64,000 bases of DNA from a virus. Lineage: Duplodnaviria > Caudoviricetes. Under the pieces are notes generated by a model. It did not search any database, was not told the DNA's origin, and saw nothing but the letters and a program-made list of their open reading frames with translations. A program made the position numbers and the translations under genes. The DNA lies in IMG/VR virus record IMGVR_UViG_3300028797_000169, positions 1,286-65,285 of that record; one strand, 5' to 3'. The first letter of the stretch is position 1; every line of letters begins with the position of its first letter. This document shows, piece by piece, positions 36,438-45,897 of the stretch.

Positions 36438-36671
36438 ATGAGTAATCCTTTATACAATTCATTAAACAATAATGGTATTATGTCACAGTTCCAAACATTT
36501 CAACAGAACCCTATGCAGTTTCTAATGAGTAGGAACATAAACATACCACAACAATATTTGAATAACCCTAAAGACGCCATTCAGTATCTTCTTAATTCGG
36601 GAAAAATGACACAGGCTAACTTCAACCAACTGTCACAGATGGCGTCACAAATGGGAATTAAATTACATTGA
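36438..36671 (+). CDS. Q/N/M-rich small protein
   Basis: MSNPLYNSLNNNGIMSQFQTFQQNPMQFL. Confidence 0.75.
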   Translation: MSNPLYNSLNNNGIMSQFQTFQQNPMQFLMSRNINIPQQYLNNPKDAIQYLLNSGKMTQANFNQLSQMASQMGIKLH

Positions 36672-36728
36672 TATTCAATAACTAGGCGCGCAAGTTTTGG
36701 ATAAATAATTTTTTAACGGAGGCTTATT

Positions 36729-37517
36729 ATGGCTATTTCAGAAAACAACAACGGCTTAGTTATGCCAGTATCACCTATGGGTTACGGAGAAGGTGGTTTC
36801 GGTAACTTCGGTGGAGACGGCTGGTGGATAATTCTTTTCCTCTTTGCTCTTATGGGCGGATGGGGTAATGGATTTGGTGGTTGCAACGGTAACAACTCTT
36901 TTGTTCCTTATTATCTGTCCAATAATACAGATAATTCCGTACAGAGAGGATTTGATACTGCGGCGATTTCAGGTCAGTTAAATGGCATACAGAGCGCAAT
37001 TACAACAGGCTTTGCAACGTCTGAGGTTGCAGATTGTGGCAGAGCAATGGACTCTATGCAGACCGCTTACAACAATCAGATTGCAAGTATGAACCAGAGG
37101 TTTGCAGATGTAACGACACTTACAGGACAGTTAAATAATCTCGCTATGGGATTACAGAATTGTTGTTGTGAGAACCGTGCCTCTATTGCAGATGTTAAGT
37201 ACACTATCGCAACAGAGGCTTGTGCTAGCAGGGCAACAGTAAATGACGCATTGAGGGATGTTCTTACTGCTAACCTGGCTAATACACAGAAGATACTTGA
37301 CCAGATGTGTCAGGATAAGATTGACGCCAAGAATGAGAAGATTGCAGACCTTGAAAGACAACTTACCATGGCTAGTCTTTCTGCAAGTCAGAACGCTCAA
37401 ACGGCTACAATCTTGGCTAATAATGACGCACAGACCAATGCTCTTGAACGTTATTTAGCACCTGTACCGGTTCCTGCTTATATTGTAGCAAATCCTAATG
37501 CTCCTACAACAACTTAA
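36729..37517 (+). CDS. Gly-rich, single-TM, coiled-coil protein with CCC motif
   Basis: GFGNFGGDGWWIILFLFALMGGWGNGFGG...LQNCCCENR...ILDQMCQDKI. Confidence 0.8.
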   Translation: MAISENNNGLVMPVSPMGYGEGGFGNFGGDGWWIILFLFALMGGWGNGFGGCNGNNSFVPYYLSNNTDNSVQRGFDTAAISGQLNGIQSAITTGFATSEVADCGRAMDSMQTAYNNQIASMNQRFADVTTLTGQLNNLAMGLQNCCCENRASIADVKYTIATEACASRATVNDALRDVLTANLANTQKILDQMCQDKIDAKNEKIADLERQLTMASLSASQNAQTATILANNDAQTNALERYLAPVPVPAYIVANPNAPTTT

Positions 37518-37538
37518 TGTTAAGAAAGGAGGAATAAT

Positions 37539-37922
37539 ATGCGTTCTTTATACGACATTAAAGATTTAATTGAGGAAGAACTTAAGGATATATCCAAAAA
37601 AGACGAACTCAATGAGACAGACCTCGATAATGTTTTTAAAATGGTAGATATTTGCAAAGATATTGCAACTATTGAGGCTATGAAAGAACATAGATATTCC
37701 AGAGATTACGATGATTATCCTATGAGTTATGGAGGACGTTCTTATGCTAGATACGGTCGTGATGGTGACGGTGATGGCAGATATAGTGAACGTGGTAGTT
37801 CTTATCGTGATGGAGGTTATAGCGGTCACGATAGTACGAAAGAGAAGTTGGAACAAATGATGAGAAAAGCAGGTTCTGAACAAGAACGTGAAAGTATCCG
37901 CAGAGTTCTTGAACAACTTTAA
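37539..37922 (+). CDS. Protein with helical ends and a G/S/Y/R/D-rich disordered core
   Basis: YSRDYDDYPMSYGGRSYARYGRDGDGDGRYSERGSSYRDGGYSGHD. Confidence 0.8.
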   Translation: MRSLYDIKDLIEEELKDISKKDELNETDLDNVFKMVDICKDIATIEAMKEHRYSRDYDDYPMSYGGRSYARYGRDGDGDGRYSERGSSYRDGGYSGHDSTKEKLEQMMRKAGSEQERESIRRVLEQL

Positions 37923-37980
37923 CCTTTGTGCTATTATATTAATACATCACAAATACACCTCAAGTGAGTATTAACTTACT

Positions 37981-38014
37981 GAAAATGTCGGCAAATATGT
38001 CGGCATTTTCTTTT
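37981..38014 (+). terminator. Terminator after the low-complexity cassette
   Basis: GAAAATGTCGGCA / TGTCGGCATTTTC (wobble stem) followed by a T run. Confidence 0.65.
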
Positions 38015-38030
38015 GTAAAAAAAAATAGTA

Positions 38031-38069
38031 TTGACATATCAATAAACGTGTTATATAATGTTTACAGTA
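38031..38069 (+). promoter_or_regulatory. Sigma-A promoter of the GTTTACAGTA class
   Basis: TTGACA-17-TATAAT-GTTTACAGTA. Confidence 0.85.
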
Positions 38070-38104
38070 AAGCAAAATATCACACAGAAAGAGAGCATAG
38101 GAGA

Positions 38105-39841
38105 ATGATAAATATTAGGATTGAAAGAGCAAACAAGTGCAACGGAGATTTAGCACTATTCGTATCATTTGATTATGATATGAGTATAGTAAGTACAATA
38201 AAAGGATTTCCCACACGTTATTATGATATGAACAATAAAACGTGGGAACTGCCTTTTAATCAGTTAAATAATGTTATAAAAGCATTGGATAATTATGATA
38301 TGGAAATTACCAGTGATGAATATACTTCAATGCAAAAAGAAGAAGTGGAAATTCCCTCTGATTTTGAATTTAAGACAAAGCCTTTTTTACATCAAGTAGA
38401 TGGATTTAAATTTGGGCTTTCACACGATAAGTGGCTACTAGGAGATGAACAGGGATTAGGTAAGACAAAGCAAGTTATTGATATTGCGGTAGCAAGAAAG
38501 GTAAAGCATTGTCTTATTATTTGTTGTGTAAATTCTCTAAAGTGGAACTGGAGAAACGAAGTTCATACTCACTCTAACGAAGGTGCATGGATACTTGGTC
38601 AGCAGACAAAAGCAAATGGAAAGATTGCTATTGGCAGTAATGCAGATAGACTTGAGGATTTAAAGCATATAGACGAACTTCCGTACTTTATCATTACTAA
38701 TGTGGAAACACTTAGATATAAGGCAAAGACAGGAAACATGGTTAAAAAGCGAGTAAAAGGTAAGTGGGAATTAGTTGAGGAATATTGCTATCCGATTACA
38801 GATAAGATACAGGAACTCGTTAATAAAGGCGAAATTGGAATGATTGCTATTGACGAGGCCCATAAGTGTAAGAACCCTGACGCAGACCAGGCACAGCAAA
38901 TGCTTAGTCTCGAGGCACCTCTTGAAATCGCCATGACAGGAACTCCTCTTATGAACCAGCCGCTTGACTTATACGTTCCGTTGCACTGGTTAGGTTTTGA
39001 AAAGCATAGTTTCTATCAGTTTAAAATGCACCATTGTGAAATGGGCGGGTATGGTGGATATTCAGTTATAGGTTATAAGAACCTTGATGAATTATCGCAG
39101 ACACTTGATGAGGTTATGTTGCGTAGATTAAAAGAGGACGTACTTGATTTACCTGAAAAGACTTATATTAATGAGTATGTGGAAATGAATGAAAAGCAAA
39201 ATGCTATTTATATAGAGGCTATGGCAGATGTTCGCAATAACATAGATAAAATAGTGGCAGCAAATAATCCTCTTTCACAATTAATTAGATTACGTCAGGC
39301 AACAGGCTATACAGGAATTTTGTCAACCTCTGTTAAAGAGAGCGCAAAACTCGATAGAATGGAAGAGATTGTAGAGGACGCAGTAGAAAACGGAAAGAAA
39401 GTCGTTATCTTCTCTAATTGGACACAAATCACTGGCCCGGCATACAGGAGATTATCAAAGAAGTATAGTGGAGCAGTTATAACAGGTGATACCCCTGATA
39501 GTGATAGACAGGCTTACGTTGATAAGTTCCAGAATGACGACAACTGTAAATTTATTTTGGGCACGATTGGCGCTATGGGAACAGGTCTTACACTTACCGC
39601 AGGTACCGTAGAAATATTCTTAGATGAGCCTTGGAACATGGCTCTCAAAGAACAGGCAGTTGATAGGTGTCATAGAATTGGACAAAACAACAACCTCACA
39701 GTTTATACGTTAATGTGTAAGGATACCATTGACGAGAGAATAAACGAATTAGTAACAAAGAAGGGAGAGATGTCAAAGATTTTAGTGGATGGAAAAATAG
39801 AAGGAAGTAAGACTGACCTCATAAACTTCTTGCTATCTTAA
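38105..39841 (+). CDS. SNF2-family helicase/ATPase with N-terminal HARP-like domain
   Basis: DEQGLGKT, IDEAH, MTGTP, LRRLKEDVLDLP, KVVIFS, GTGLTL, QAVDRCHRIGQ. Confidence 0.92.
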   Translation: MINIRIERANKCNGDLALFVSFDYDMSIVSTIKGFPTRYYDMNNKTWELPFNQLNNVIKALDNYDMEITSDEYTSMQKEEVEIPSDFEFKTKPFLHQVDGFKFGLSHDKWLLGDEQGLGKTKQVIDIAVARKVKHCLIICCVNSLKWNWRNEVHTHSNEGAWILGQQTKANGKIAIGSNADRLEDLKHIDELPYFIITNVETLRYKAKTGNMVKKRVKGKWELVEEYCYPITDKIQELVNKGEIGMIAIDEAHKCKNPDADQAQQMLSLEAPLEIAMTGTPLMNQPLDLYVPLHWLGFEKHSFYQFKMHHCEMGGYGGYSVIGYKNLDELSQTLDEVMLRRLKEDVLDLPEKTYINEYVEMNEKQNAIYIEAMADVRNNIDKIVAANNPLSQLIRLRQATGYTGILSTSVKESAKLDRMEEIVEDAVENGKKVVIFSNWTQITGPAYRRLSKKYSGAVITGDTPDSDRQAYVDKFQNDDNCKFILGTIGAMGTGLTLTAGTVEIFLDEPWNMALKEQAVDRCHRIGQNNNLTVYTLMCKDTIDERINELVTKKGEMSKILVDGKIEGSKTDLINFLLS

Positions 39842-39893
39842 ATGTTTCGTAGTATAATATTAGTGTACTATAATAAATGTTTGGAGGACAAGT

Positions 39894-40169
39894 ATGAAAA
39901 CATTGTTAAAAATAGAAGAGGTTGCGGTACTCATTGGGGTATCAGTTCAAACTATAAACAACTGGTATGCTTTTAAGAGAGCAGAGCCTGATAATGAGTA
40001 CGCAAAGATGTTGCCTGATTATCAACAATCAGGCGAAAGACAATTACGCCTTTGGGATAAGAATGATATTCAAAAGTTCGTTGCTTTTAAAAGGGCTATT
40101 CCTAAAGGATGTAAGGGTACAATGGGAGTAATAACACAGAGGTATGTAAAGAATGGAAAATCAGAATAA
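39894..40169 (+). CDS. MerR/excisionase-like HTH protein
   Basis: LLKIEEVAVLIGVSVQTINNWY; promoter TTGCTA-17-TATAAT at 39830-39858. Confidence 0.7.
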   Translation: MKTLLKIEEVAVLIGVSVQTINNWYAFKRAEPDNEYAKMLPDYQQSGERQLRLWDKNDIQKFVAFKRAIPKGCKGTMGVITQRYVKNGKSE

Positions 40170-40551
40170 AGACCCAGAGTTTACATTAGAAGATTATGCG
40201 AACAGGTATATTAAATTAAAACAAGAGGAGTCTTTGTTGAAAAAAGAACTTGAGGCGGTGAATAAGCGCCTTAAAGAACTTATGAAAGAGCAAGACCAGA
40301 CAGAGGCACATTGTTCTCTAGGTGTTGTAAAATATACGGTTCAACATAGAACAGAGTTTGATGAAGAACGGGCACTATCTATTCTTAAGGCATCCGGAAA
40401 TCTTGATTGTATAGGTCTTAAAGAATATGTTAATACAGATATATTGGAAAAGAAACTATATAATGAGGCCATTGATAGAGATACTGTCGAAAAACTTGGA
40501 ACGTGTAATAAACCTAAAGATGTTGTTACATTAACTATTAAGAAAGGGTGA
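40153..40551 (+). CDS. Hypothetical coiled-coil protein
   Basis: 132 aa in the operon. Confidence 0.7.
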   Translation: MENQNKDPEFTLEDYANRYIKLKQEESLLKKELEAVNKRLKELMKEQDQTEAHCSLGVVKYTVQHRTEFDEERALSILKASGNLDCIGLKEYVNTDILEKKLYNEAIDRDTVEKLGTCNKPKDVVTLTIKKG

Positions 40552-40555
40552 GTTT

Positions 40556-40699
40556 ATGACTATACCGGCATTTTGGGCAGGTGTTTTATGTGTAATTTTT
40601 GCGGAAATGCTTATCTTTTTCGTGACGATTTTAATATATGCTTTGGGGCATACATCTAAAACGCACGAAAATACGTCTAAAAACGATAGGAGCGAATAA
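40556..40699 (+). CDS. 47-aa single-TM membrane protein
   Basis: MTIPAFWAGVLCVIFAEMLIFFVTILIYALG...; fills the gap exactly. Confidence 0.5.
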   Translation: MTIPAFWAGVLCVIFAEMLIFFVTILIYALGHTSKTHENTSKNDRSE

Positions 40700-40939
40700 A
40701 TGAGTAACGATACTAAATATGAGAGCCAAGCGAAAATAACGACAATTAGAGCGACTTCAAGAGCATCCGTTAAAGTTCGTGATAATTATTTCACAGTAGA
40801 GTATTCTGAGGAGAGAGTTATCCCTGAAATTGAAGGAGTAAACATTGAAGAGGAACGCAAAATTTTGTGGGATGTTGTTAATGGAGAGTGTGATAACCAA
40901 ATACTTGACATTAAAGAACTTTACGGAACACAAAGATAA
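40700..40939 (+). CDS. Conserved phage hypothetical protein
   Basis: RATSRASVKVRDNYFTVEYSEER; RBS AGGAG. Confidence 0.7.
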   Translation: MSNDTKYESQAKITTIRATSRASVKVRDNYFTVEYSEERVIPEIEGVNIEEERKILWDVVNGECDNQILDIKELYGTQR

Positions 40940-40943
40940 CTAC

Positions 40944-41106
40944 TTGACAGAAACAACAGGTAGTTATATAATGTTAAGTGTTGACAAAGACAATCGTTAG
41001 TTATATAGTGCGGGATATAACTGACCTATATAACTAACAAAGCAACCAAGTAAAAAAGACTTGCAAATAGAACTTTCCGCACAATAGTTCTATGCGCAAG
41101 TTTTTT
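40944..41106 (+). promoter_or_regulatory. Promoter plus structured leader/attenuator upstream of the replication initiator
   Basis: TTGACA-17-TATAAT (40944-40972); hairpin 40996-41038; terminator-like hairpin 41052-41106; the two loops are complementary. Confidence 0.7.
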
Positions 41107-41129
41107 ATTACTTAAAATTGGAGGTATAT

Positions 41130-41966
41130 ATGCCAAAAACAAATAATGTTGGTTCTGATAACTATTTTTCAATACAGGGGTGGATGATAACAGACCTCCA
41201 TTTAAAAGGGAATGACTTACTTGTGTATGCAATTATCTATGGATTTTCTCAAACTAAAAATCAAAAATTCACTGGAAGTTTGCAATATTTAGCGGACTGG
41301 TGTTCTTGTACTAAGCAAGGTATTCAAAAAAATTTAAAGAACTTAATTGATAGGGGATTAATAATTAAGCACGATATTGAAGTTAAAGGAATTAAACTTT
41401 GTGAATATGAGGCAGTTGATAGAAATAGTGTGACCTATACAACTGAGTTGCATACTATACAACTGAGTTGTACCAATAATATAGATAATATTAATATATC
41501 TAGCGATATATTAAAAAAAGATATTACTAACGTAATATCATCGGACGAGCCGATTAAAACAGATACATTCTTTGATACACCCTCTTTAATAGCGAAGCCT
41601 AAAAAGAAAAAAGTTTCGCTTTATGAAGGGTGTATGCTTTTAATAGATGAATTTACTCAGGATGAAGAAGTAAGAAATAAGTTAAAGGAATATTTTAAGG
41701 TAAGATTAGAAAGAAAAGATATTCCGTTAGGCAAAGCGTCTTTTAAGGGAAGTTTAAATAAACTTCGTGAGTTAACCACATCTAAAAAAGAAGTTCTACA
41801 AATTATTCAACAAAGTATAGATAGAAGTTATCCGTCATTTTATCCATTAAATAAGCCAAGATATACGAGAGAATACACTTGTCCTGAAATTATTAGCGCA
41901 GGAGAAAAGAGAGAAATAACCGACGAAGAATATGAGGAGGCTATGTTAAATGGAGAGAAATTCTGA
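41130..41966 (+). CDS. Replication initiator / replisome organiser (winged helix)
   Basis: GWMITDLHLKGNDLLVYAIIYGFSQ...GSLQYLADW...IQKNLKNLIDRGLI; directly upstream of the DnaC-like gene. Confidence 0.85.
   Translation: MPKTNNVGSDNYFSIQGWMITDLHLKGNDLLVYAIIYGFSQTKNQKFTGSLQYLADWCSCTKQGIQKNLKNLIDRGLIIKHDIEVKGIKLCEYEAVDRNSVTYTTELHTIQLSCTNNIDNINISSDILKKDITNVISSDEPIKTDTFFDTPSLIAKPKKKKVSLYEGCMLLIDEFTQDEEVRNKLKEYFKVRLERKDIPLGKASFKGSLNKLRELTTSKKEVLQIIQQSIDRSYPSFYPLNKPRYTREYTCPEIISAGEKREITDEEYEEAMLNGEKF
41435..41470. repeat. Iteron-like tandem repeat (probable origin) inside the initiator gene
   Basis: CTATACAACTGAGTTG at 41435 and 41455, each containing the CAAC-TGA-GTTG palindrome, followed by a very AT-rich tract. 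Confidence 0.65.
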
Positions 41967-42624
41967 ATGTTGGTATGTTAGTGCTTGTGAAGATGATTGC
42001 ACAGGCTGTCTAATATATAAACAGATGAAGTGGCAATTTGATAATAGTGGATTGCCCAAAGCAAAATATAAACCCATACAGTTAACCGCCACAAAAGAGA
42101 CACGTTCTGTATTTGTGCAGTTAGCAGGAATAAGAAAAAGTATAAACCAGTTTGTTAAGGACGGGAAAAACTTATACATATGTGGCAGTACACCTGGTAC
42201 GGGAAAAACATCTTGGGCAATTAAGATGTTACAGACATACTTTCATTACATGGCAGTAGGTAATCACGGGCGTGTAATTGGAATGTTTGTATCTACCACA
42301 GAATTGCTGTTACAATTAAAAGATTTTCAGAACCCTTTACCTCAAGAGTATAAGGACAATCTAATAAATGCAGATTTAGTTATTTGGGACGATATAGCGG
42401 TGTCTGGAATGTCAACGTATGATTATAACCAGTTATTTACGATTATAGATAAAAGGATATTGAATGAGAAATCCAATATATTTACATCAAACTGCACCGA
42501 TAAAGACACACTTATTAAATCTTTGGGAGAGAGATTAGCGAGCAGAGTTTGGTGCACTAGTGAGATAGTTGAAATAAAAGGTGGTGACTGGCGTGGCCGT
42601 AGTAGTAGTTCAGATAATAAGTAA
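41950..42624 (+). CDS. dnaC: DnaC/IstB-like helicase loader
   Basis: N-terminal Cys cluster, GSTPGTGKT, IWDDI, IFTSN, LGERLASR. Confidence 0.88.
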   Translation: MERNSECWYVSACEDDCTGCLIYKQMKWQFDNSGLPKAKYKPIQLTATKETRSVFVQLAGIRKSINQFVKDGKNLYICGSTPGTGKTSWAIKMLQTYFHYMAVGNHGRVIGMFVSTTELLLQLKDFQNPLPQEYKDNLINADLVIWDDIAVSGMSTYDYNQLFTIIDKRILNEKSNIFTSNCTDKDTLIKSLGERLASRVWCTSEIVEIKGGDWRGRSSSSDNK

Positions 42625-43900
42625 AGTCCTTAATACAGGGGAATATGGATTCTTTGATAATAATCTGATAACAGACGAAGATTTTAAAGGAACAGGATAT
42701 GAGGAAGAGTATGAGTTTATAACAAGTCATTATAAAAAGTATGGGAATGTTCCAGATAAGACAACATTCTTGTCTAAGTTTCCTGAGTTTGAAATAGTGG
42801 AAGTTCAGGACTCCGATAAGTATCTCATTGATACTTTTAGAGAGGAAAAACTATATCGTAAGGCTGTGCCCATAGTACAACGTGTTGCCGAGTTGTTGCA
42901 AACTGACGCAAATGCGGCTAGTGAATATATGATACAAGCCATAAAAGATTTGCAACCCAATTATGATTTAAGCGGAGTAGATTTAATATCACAGGGAGAG
43001 CAACGTTTAGAACATTTTAAGGACAGACTAGAAAATCAAGATGATTGGTATTTTACAACAGGGTTTAAAGAACTTGATGATGTAATACACGGAATACAAA
43101 GAGGCGAAGAATTGTTTGTTATCTTTGCTAGAACAAATCAAGGTAAGTCCTGGGTGTTAGAGAAGATAATGACGCATATATGGCAGACAGGTTTTAATGT
43201 GGGATATATATCTCCCGAAATGAGTGCTGATAGTATAGGTTATAGGTTCGATACTCTAAATTGTAATTATTCTAATAAAGGACTTCTTTGGGGCAATAGT
43301 GATGTTGATTTGGAAGCATATGAAGAATATATTGAAGGTCTAAAAGAACATAAAAACTCCTTTATCTGTTCTACACCAATAGATTTTGACAGGAAGATAA
43401 CAGTAAGCAAATTAAGGCGTTGGGCGCAAATAAATAAACTTGACGCAATAGCAATAGACGGAATAACATATATGACGGACGAGAGAATGAAAAGGGGTGA
43501 TAATAAAACAACATCATTGACCAACATAAGTGAGGACCTAATGATGTTAAGTATTGAGTTAAAGATACCTATACTTGTAGTAGTACAAGCAAATAGAACT
43601 GGCGTAGTTGACGCAGAGAAAGGAGGAACACCCGACCTAGAGAGTATAAGAGATAGTGACGGCATATCTCATAACGCCAGTAAAGTTTTATCTATAAGAC
43701 AAGATAAAGATGGTATGCTTGAAATGGGAATTAAGAAACAACGTTTCGGGGCTGTCGGTGGTAAGTTAAAGTATTCTTGGAATATTGACAAAGGAATATT
43801 TGAGTTTGTTCCTGAGTATGATGATACACAAGAAGAAGAACATACGGAAAGACAGATACGCCGTGAACGTAAAAATATAGAAAAGACTGATATGTTCTAA
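42581..43900 (+). CDS. dnaB: DnaB-like replicative helicase (start uncertain by a few codons)
   Basis: TTGFKELD, ARTNQGKS, SPEMS, IDGITY, VVQANR, DSDGISHNA, KQRFG. Confidence 0.9.
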   Translation: MVTGVAVVVVQIISKVLNTGEYGFFDNNLITDEDFKGTGYEEEYEFITSHYKKYGNVPDKTTFLSKFPEFEIVEVQDSDKYLIDTFREEKLYRKAVPIVQRVAELLQTDANAASEYMIQAIKDLQPNYDLSGVDLISQGEQRLEHFKDRLENQDDWYFTTGFKELDDVIHGIQRGEELFVIFARTNQGKSWVLEKIMTHIWQTGFNVGYISPEMSADSIGYRFDTLNCNYSNKGLLWGNSDVDLEAYEEYIEGLKEHKNSFICSTPIDFDRKITVSKLRRWAQINKLDAIAIDGITYMTDERMKRGDNKTTSLTNISEDLMMLSIELKIPILVVVQANRTGVVDAEKGGTPDLESIRDSDGISHNASKVLSIRQDKDGMLEMGIKKQRFGAVGGKLKYSWNIDKGIFEFVPEYDDTQEEEHTERQIRRERKNIEKTDMF

Positions 43901-43912
43901 GGAGGAATTATT

Positions 43913-44083
43913 ATGGACGAAGAAATGTTAAGAGAGTATGCGGAAGAAATTAAGGAGTATTGCAGTACACATACGGGTAAATGTGTCGGATGTATATTTT
44001 ATAGGACACTTCGAATTGGGGAAACAGTTGTTGATGGTGAGTGCATTTTAAGAAATGACGACCCGGAGAATTGGGAAATATGA
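43913..44083 (+). CDS. 56-aa Cys-containing protein
   Basis: MDEEMLREYAEEIKEYCSTHTGKCVGCIF...; RBS AGGAGG; ATGA overlap with the primase gene. Confidence 0.6.
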   Translation: MDEEMLREYAEEIKEYCSTHTGKCVGCIFYRTLRIGETVVDGECILRNDDPENWEI

Positions 44084-45078
44084 TAATCAATGATACCATG
44101 TTTGCTGTTGACCTGAGAACGATTATACAAGAACTTAGGTCACAATTAATCGTTAATCATATACCGCTACTTAACAAAATACAAGATAGCGGCAGTGATA
44201 TTATGATATGTTGTCCGTATCATAAAGAAGGTCAAGAAAGAAGACCGAGTGCAGGCATACGAAAATCAGATGGACTGTTTCATTGTCTTGCGTGTGGTGA
44301 AACACATTCGTTGCCCGAAGTCATTAGTTACTGTTTAGGATATAATGACCCATTAGGTAAAGAAGGATATAAATGGCTATGCAGATATTTTAGTAATGTA
44401 GGAGTAGAAAATCGTGAAAGTATTAAGATTAATTTGGCGCGTGATAACATTTCCAATAAGAGCAATATTTTGGTTAATCGTAATTATTCTAAATCTGATG
44501 GCGTAAGCAAGGAAGAATTGGATAGTTATAGATATACTCACCCATATATGTATAAGAGAGGTTTAAATGATACTGTTATTGATTTGTTTGACATCGGATA
44601 TGATATTGCTACGGACAGTATTACATTCCCCGTCCGTGATAAAGATGGTACTGTTTTGTTTGTGGCTAAGCGTTCAGTTGGTCGTAAGCGGTTTAATTTA
44701 CCAAAAGGAATAGATAAGCCACTTTATGGATTGTATGAAGTAGATAATTTATCATTTAGTGCTAGTGGTGACTGGTTAAATGAAGTATATGTATGTGAAG
44801 GATTATTCGATTGTCTTAGATTATGGTGTAACAATAGACACGCAGTAGCAGGTTTTGGATGTTTATTTAATAAGCAACAAATAGAGCAACTAAACAGTTT
44901 GCCAACAAGGAAACTCATTTTAGCGACGGACAATGATGAAGCAGGAAGAAAGGCAAATGCTCGATTGCGTAGTCTAATAAAAGGTAAACTAATAACTGAG
45001 GTAGAGTTACCGAAAGGTCGTAAAGATGTTGGGGAGTGTACTGATGAAGAACTTTTGAACCTGAAAGAAATCTTTTAA
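44080..45078 (+). CDS. dnaG: DNA primase (CHC2 zinc finger plus TOPRIM)
   Basis: CCPYH...FHCLACG, ITFP, VCEGLFD, LATDNDEAG. Confidence 0.92.
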   Translation: MIINDTMFAVDLRTIIQELRSQLIVNHIPLLNKIQDSGSDIMICCPYHKEGQERRPSAGIRKSDGLFHCLACGETHSLPEVISYCLGYNDPLGKEGYKWLCRYFSNVGVENRESIKINLARDNISNKSNILVNRNYSKSDGVSKEELDSYRYTHPYMYKRGLNDTVIDLFDIGYDIATDSITFPVRDKDGTVLFVAKRSVGRKRFNLPKGIDKPLYGLYEVDNLSFSASGDWLNEVYVCEGLFDCLRLWCNNRHAVAGFGCLFNKQQIEQLNSLPTRKLILATDNDEAGRKANARLRSLIKGKLITEVELPKGRKDVGECTDEELLNLKEIF

Positions 45079-45084
45079 AGGCAC

Positions 45085-45113
45085 TTGACAACCTAGTGAT
45101 TGTGTTATATAAT
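45085..45113 (+). promoter_or_regulatory. Sigma-A promoter for the ssb-polA-glycosyltransferase operon
   Basis: TTGACA-17-TATAAT. Confidence 0.8.
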
Positions 45114-45164
45114 AATATTGTGTATAAGGCACAACAATAAACCGATAGAAAGGATTTAGAACAA

Positions 45165-45878
45165 ATGGCAAGATTTAGTGGAAAAGACTTTGACAAGTAC
45201 AGTTACTCCAATGACGAAAGAAAAACAGGATTCTTTCAGTTAAAGGACGATAAAGATACGGCAAAGGTTCGTATTCTTTATGAGAGCGCCGACGAGATTG
45301 ATGGTCTGTCAGTTCACGAAGTACAAATTAACGGTAAGAGGAAGTACGTTAACTGTCTTAGGGAATATAATGACCCGATTGATAAGTGCCCGTTCTGTCA
45401 GGCAAAGATGAAGACCTACGCAAAGTTGTATATTCCTTTATACAATGAGGACGCACAACAGTTTCAATTTTGGGAAAGAGGCAGAACATTCTACGGTAAG
45501 ATTTCAGGCCTTGTTAGCAGGTATAAGAATATCGTATCAAGAACGTTTGAAATTGAACGTAATGGTGTTAAGGATGATACAAAGACTGATTATTCCTTCT
45601 ATCCAGTAGATGACCCTGACGGCACAACAATTCAAGATATTCTTGATGACCTTGGGTTCGACGAAATGCCTTCACCTATAGGAACAATCATTCTTGATAA
45701 AAGTGCTAGGGATATGGACTACTATCTTGATAATGGGGCATTTCCTGACAATGATGTTCCTGTTCGCAGACGTAATTCTAATCCGCCGGATACTTCTGAA
45801 GTACCGTTTGAGGAGGATGCACCCACCCCCCGTAGAGGCGGCAGAAGAACACCTGCAAGAGGTACAGATAGATTTTGA
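45165..45878 (+). CDS. Single-stranded DNA-binding protein (gp32-like)
   Basis: FFQLKDDKDTAKVR, HEV, CL...CPFC, FEIERNG, acidic/disordered C-terminal tail. Confidence 0.75.
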   Translation: MARFSGKDFDKYSYSNDERKTGFFQLKDDKDTAKVRILYESADEIDGLSVHEVQINGKRKYVNCLREYNDPIDKCPFCQAKMKTYAKLYIPLYNEDAQQFQFWERGRTFYGKISGLVSRYKNIVSRTFEIERNGVKDDTKTDYSFYPVDDPDGTTIQDILDDLGFDEMPSPIGTIILDKSARDMDYYLDNGAFPDNDVPVRRRNSNPPDTSEVPFEEDAPTPRRGGRRTPARGTDRF

Positions 45879-45897
45879 TTTTTAGGAGGACTGCTAT

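Noticed and set aside
39894-40169. Excisionase implying lysogeny
   Set aside because: The MerR/Xis-like HTH has no integrase or att site nearby; more likely a transcription or replication regulator
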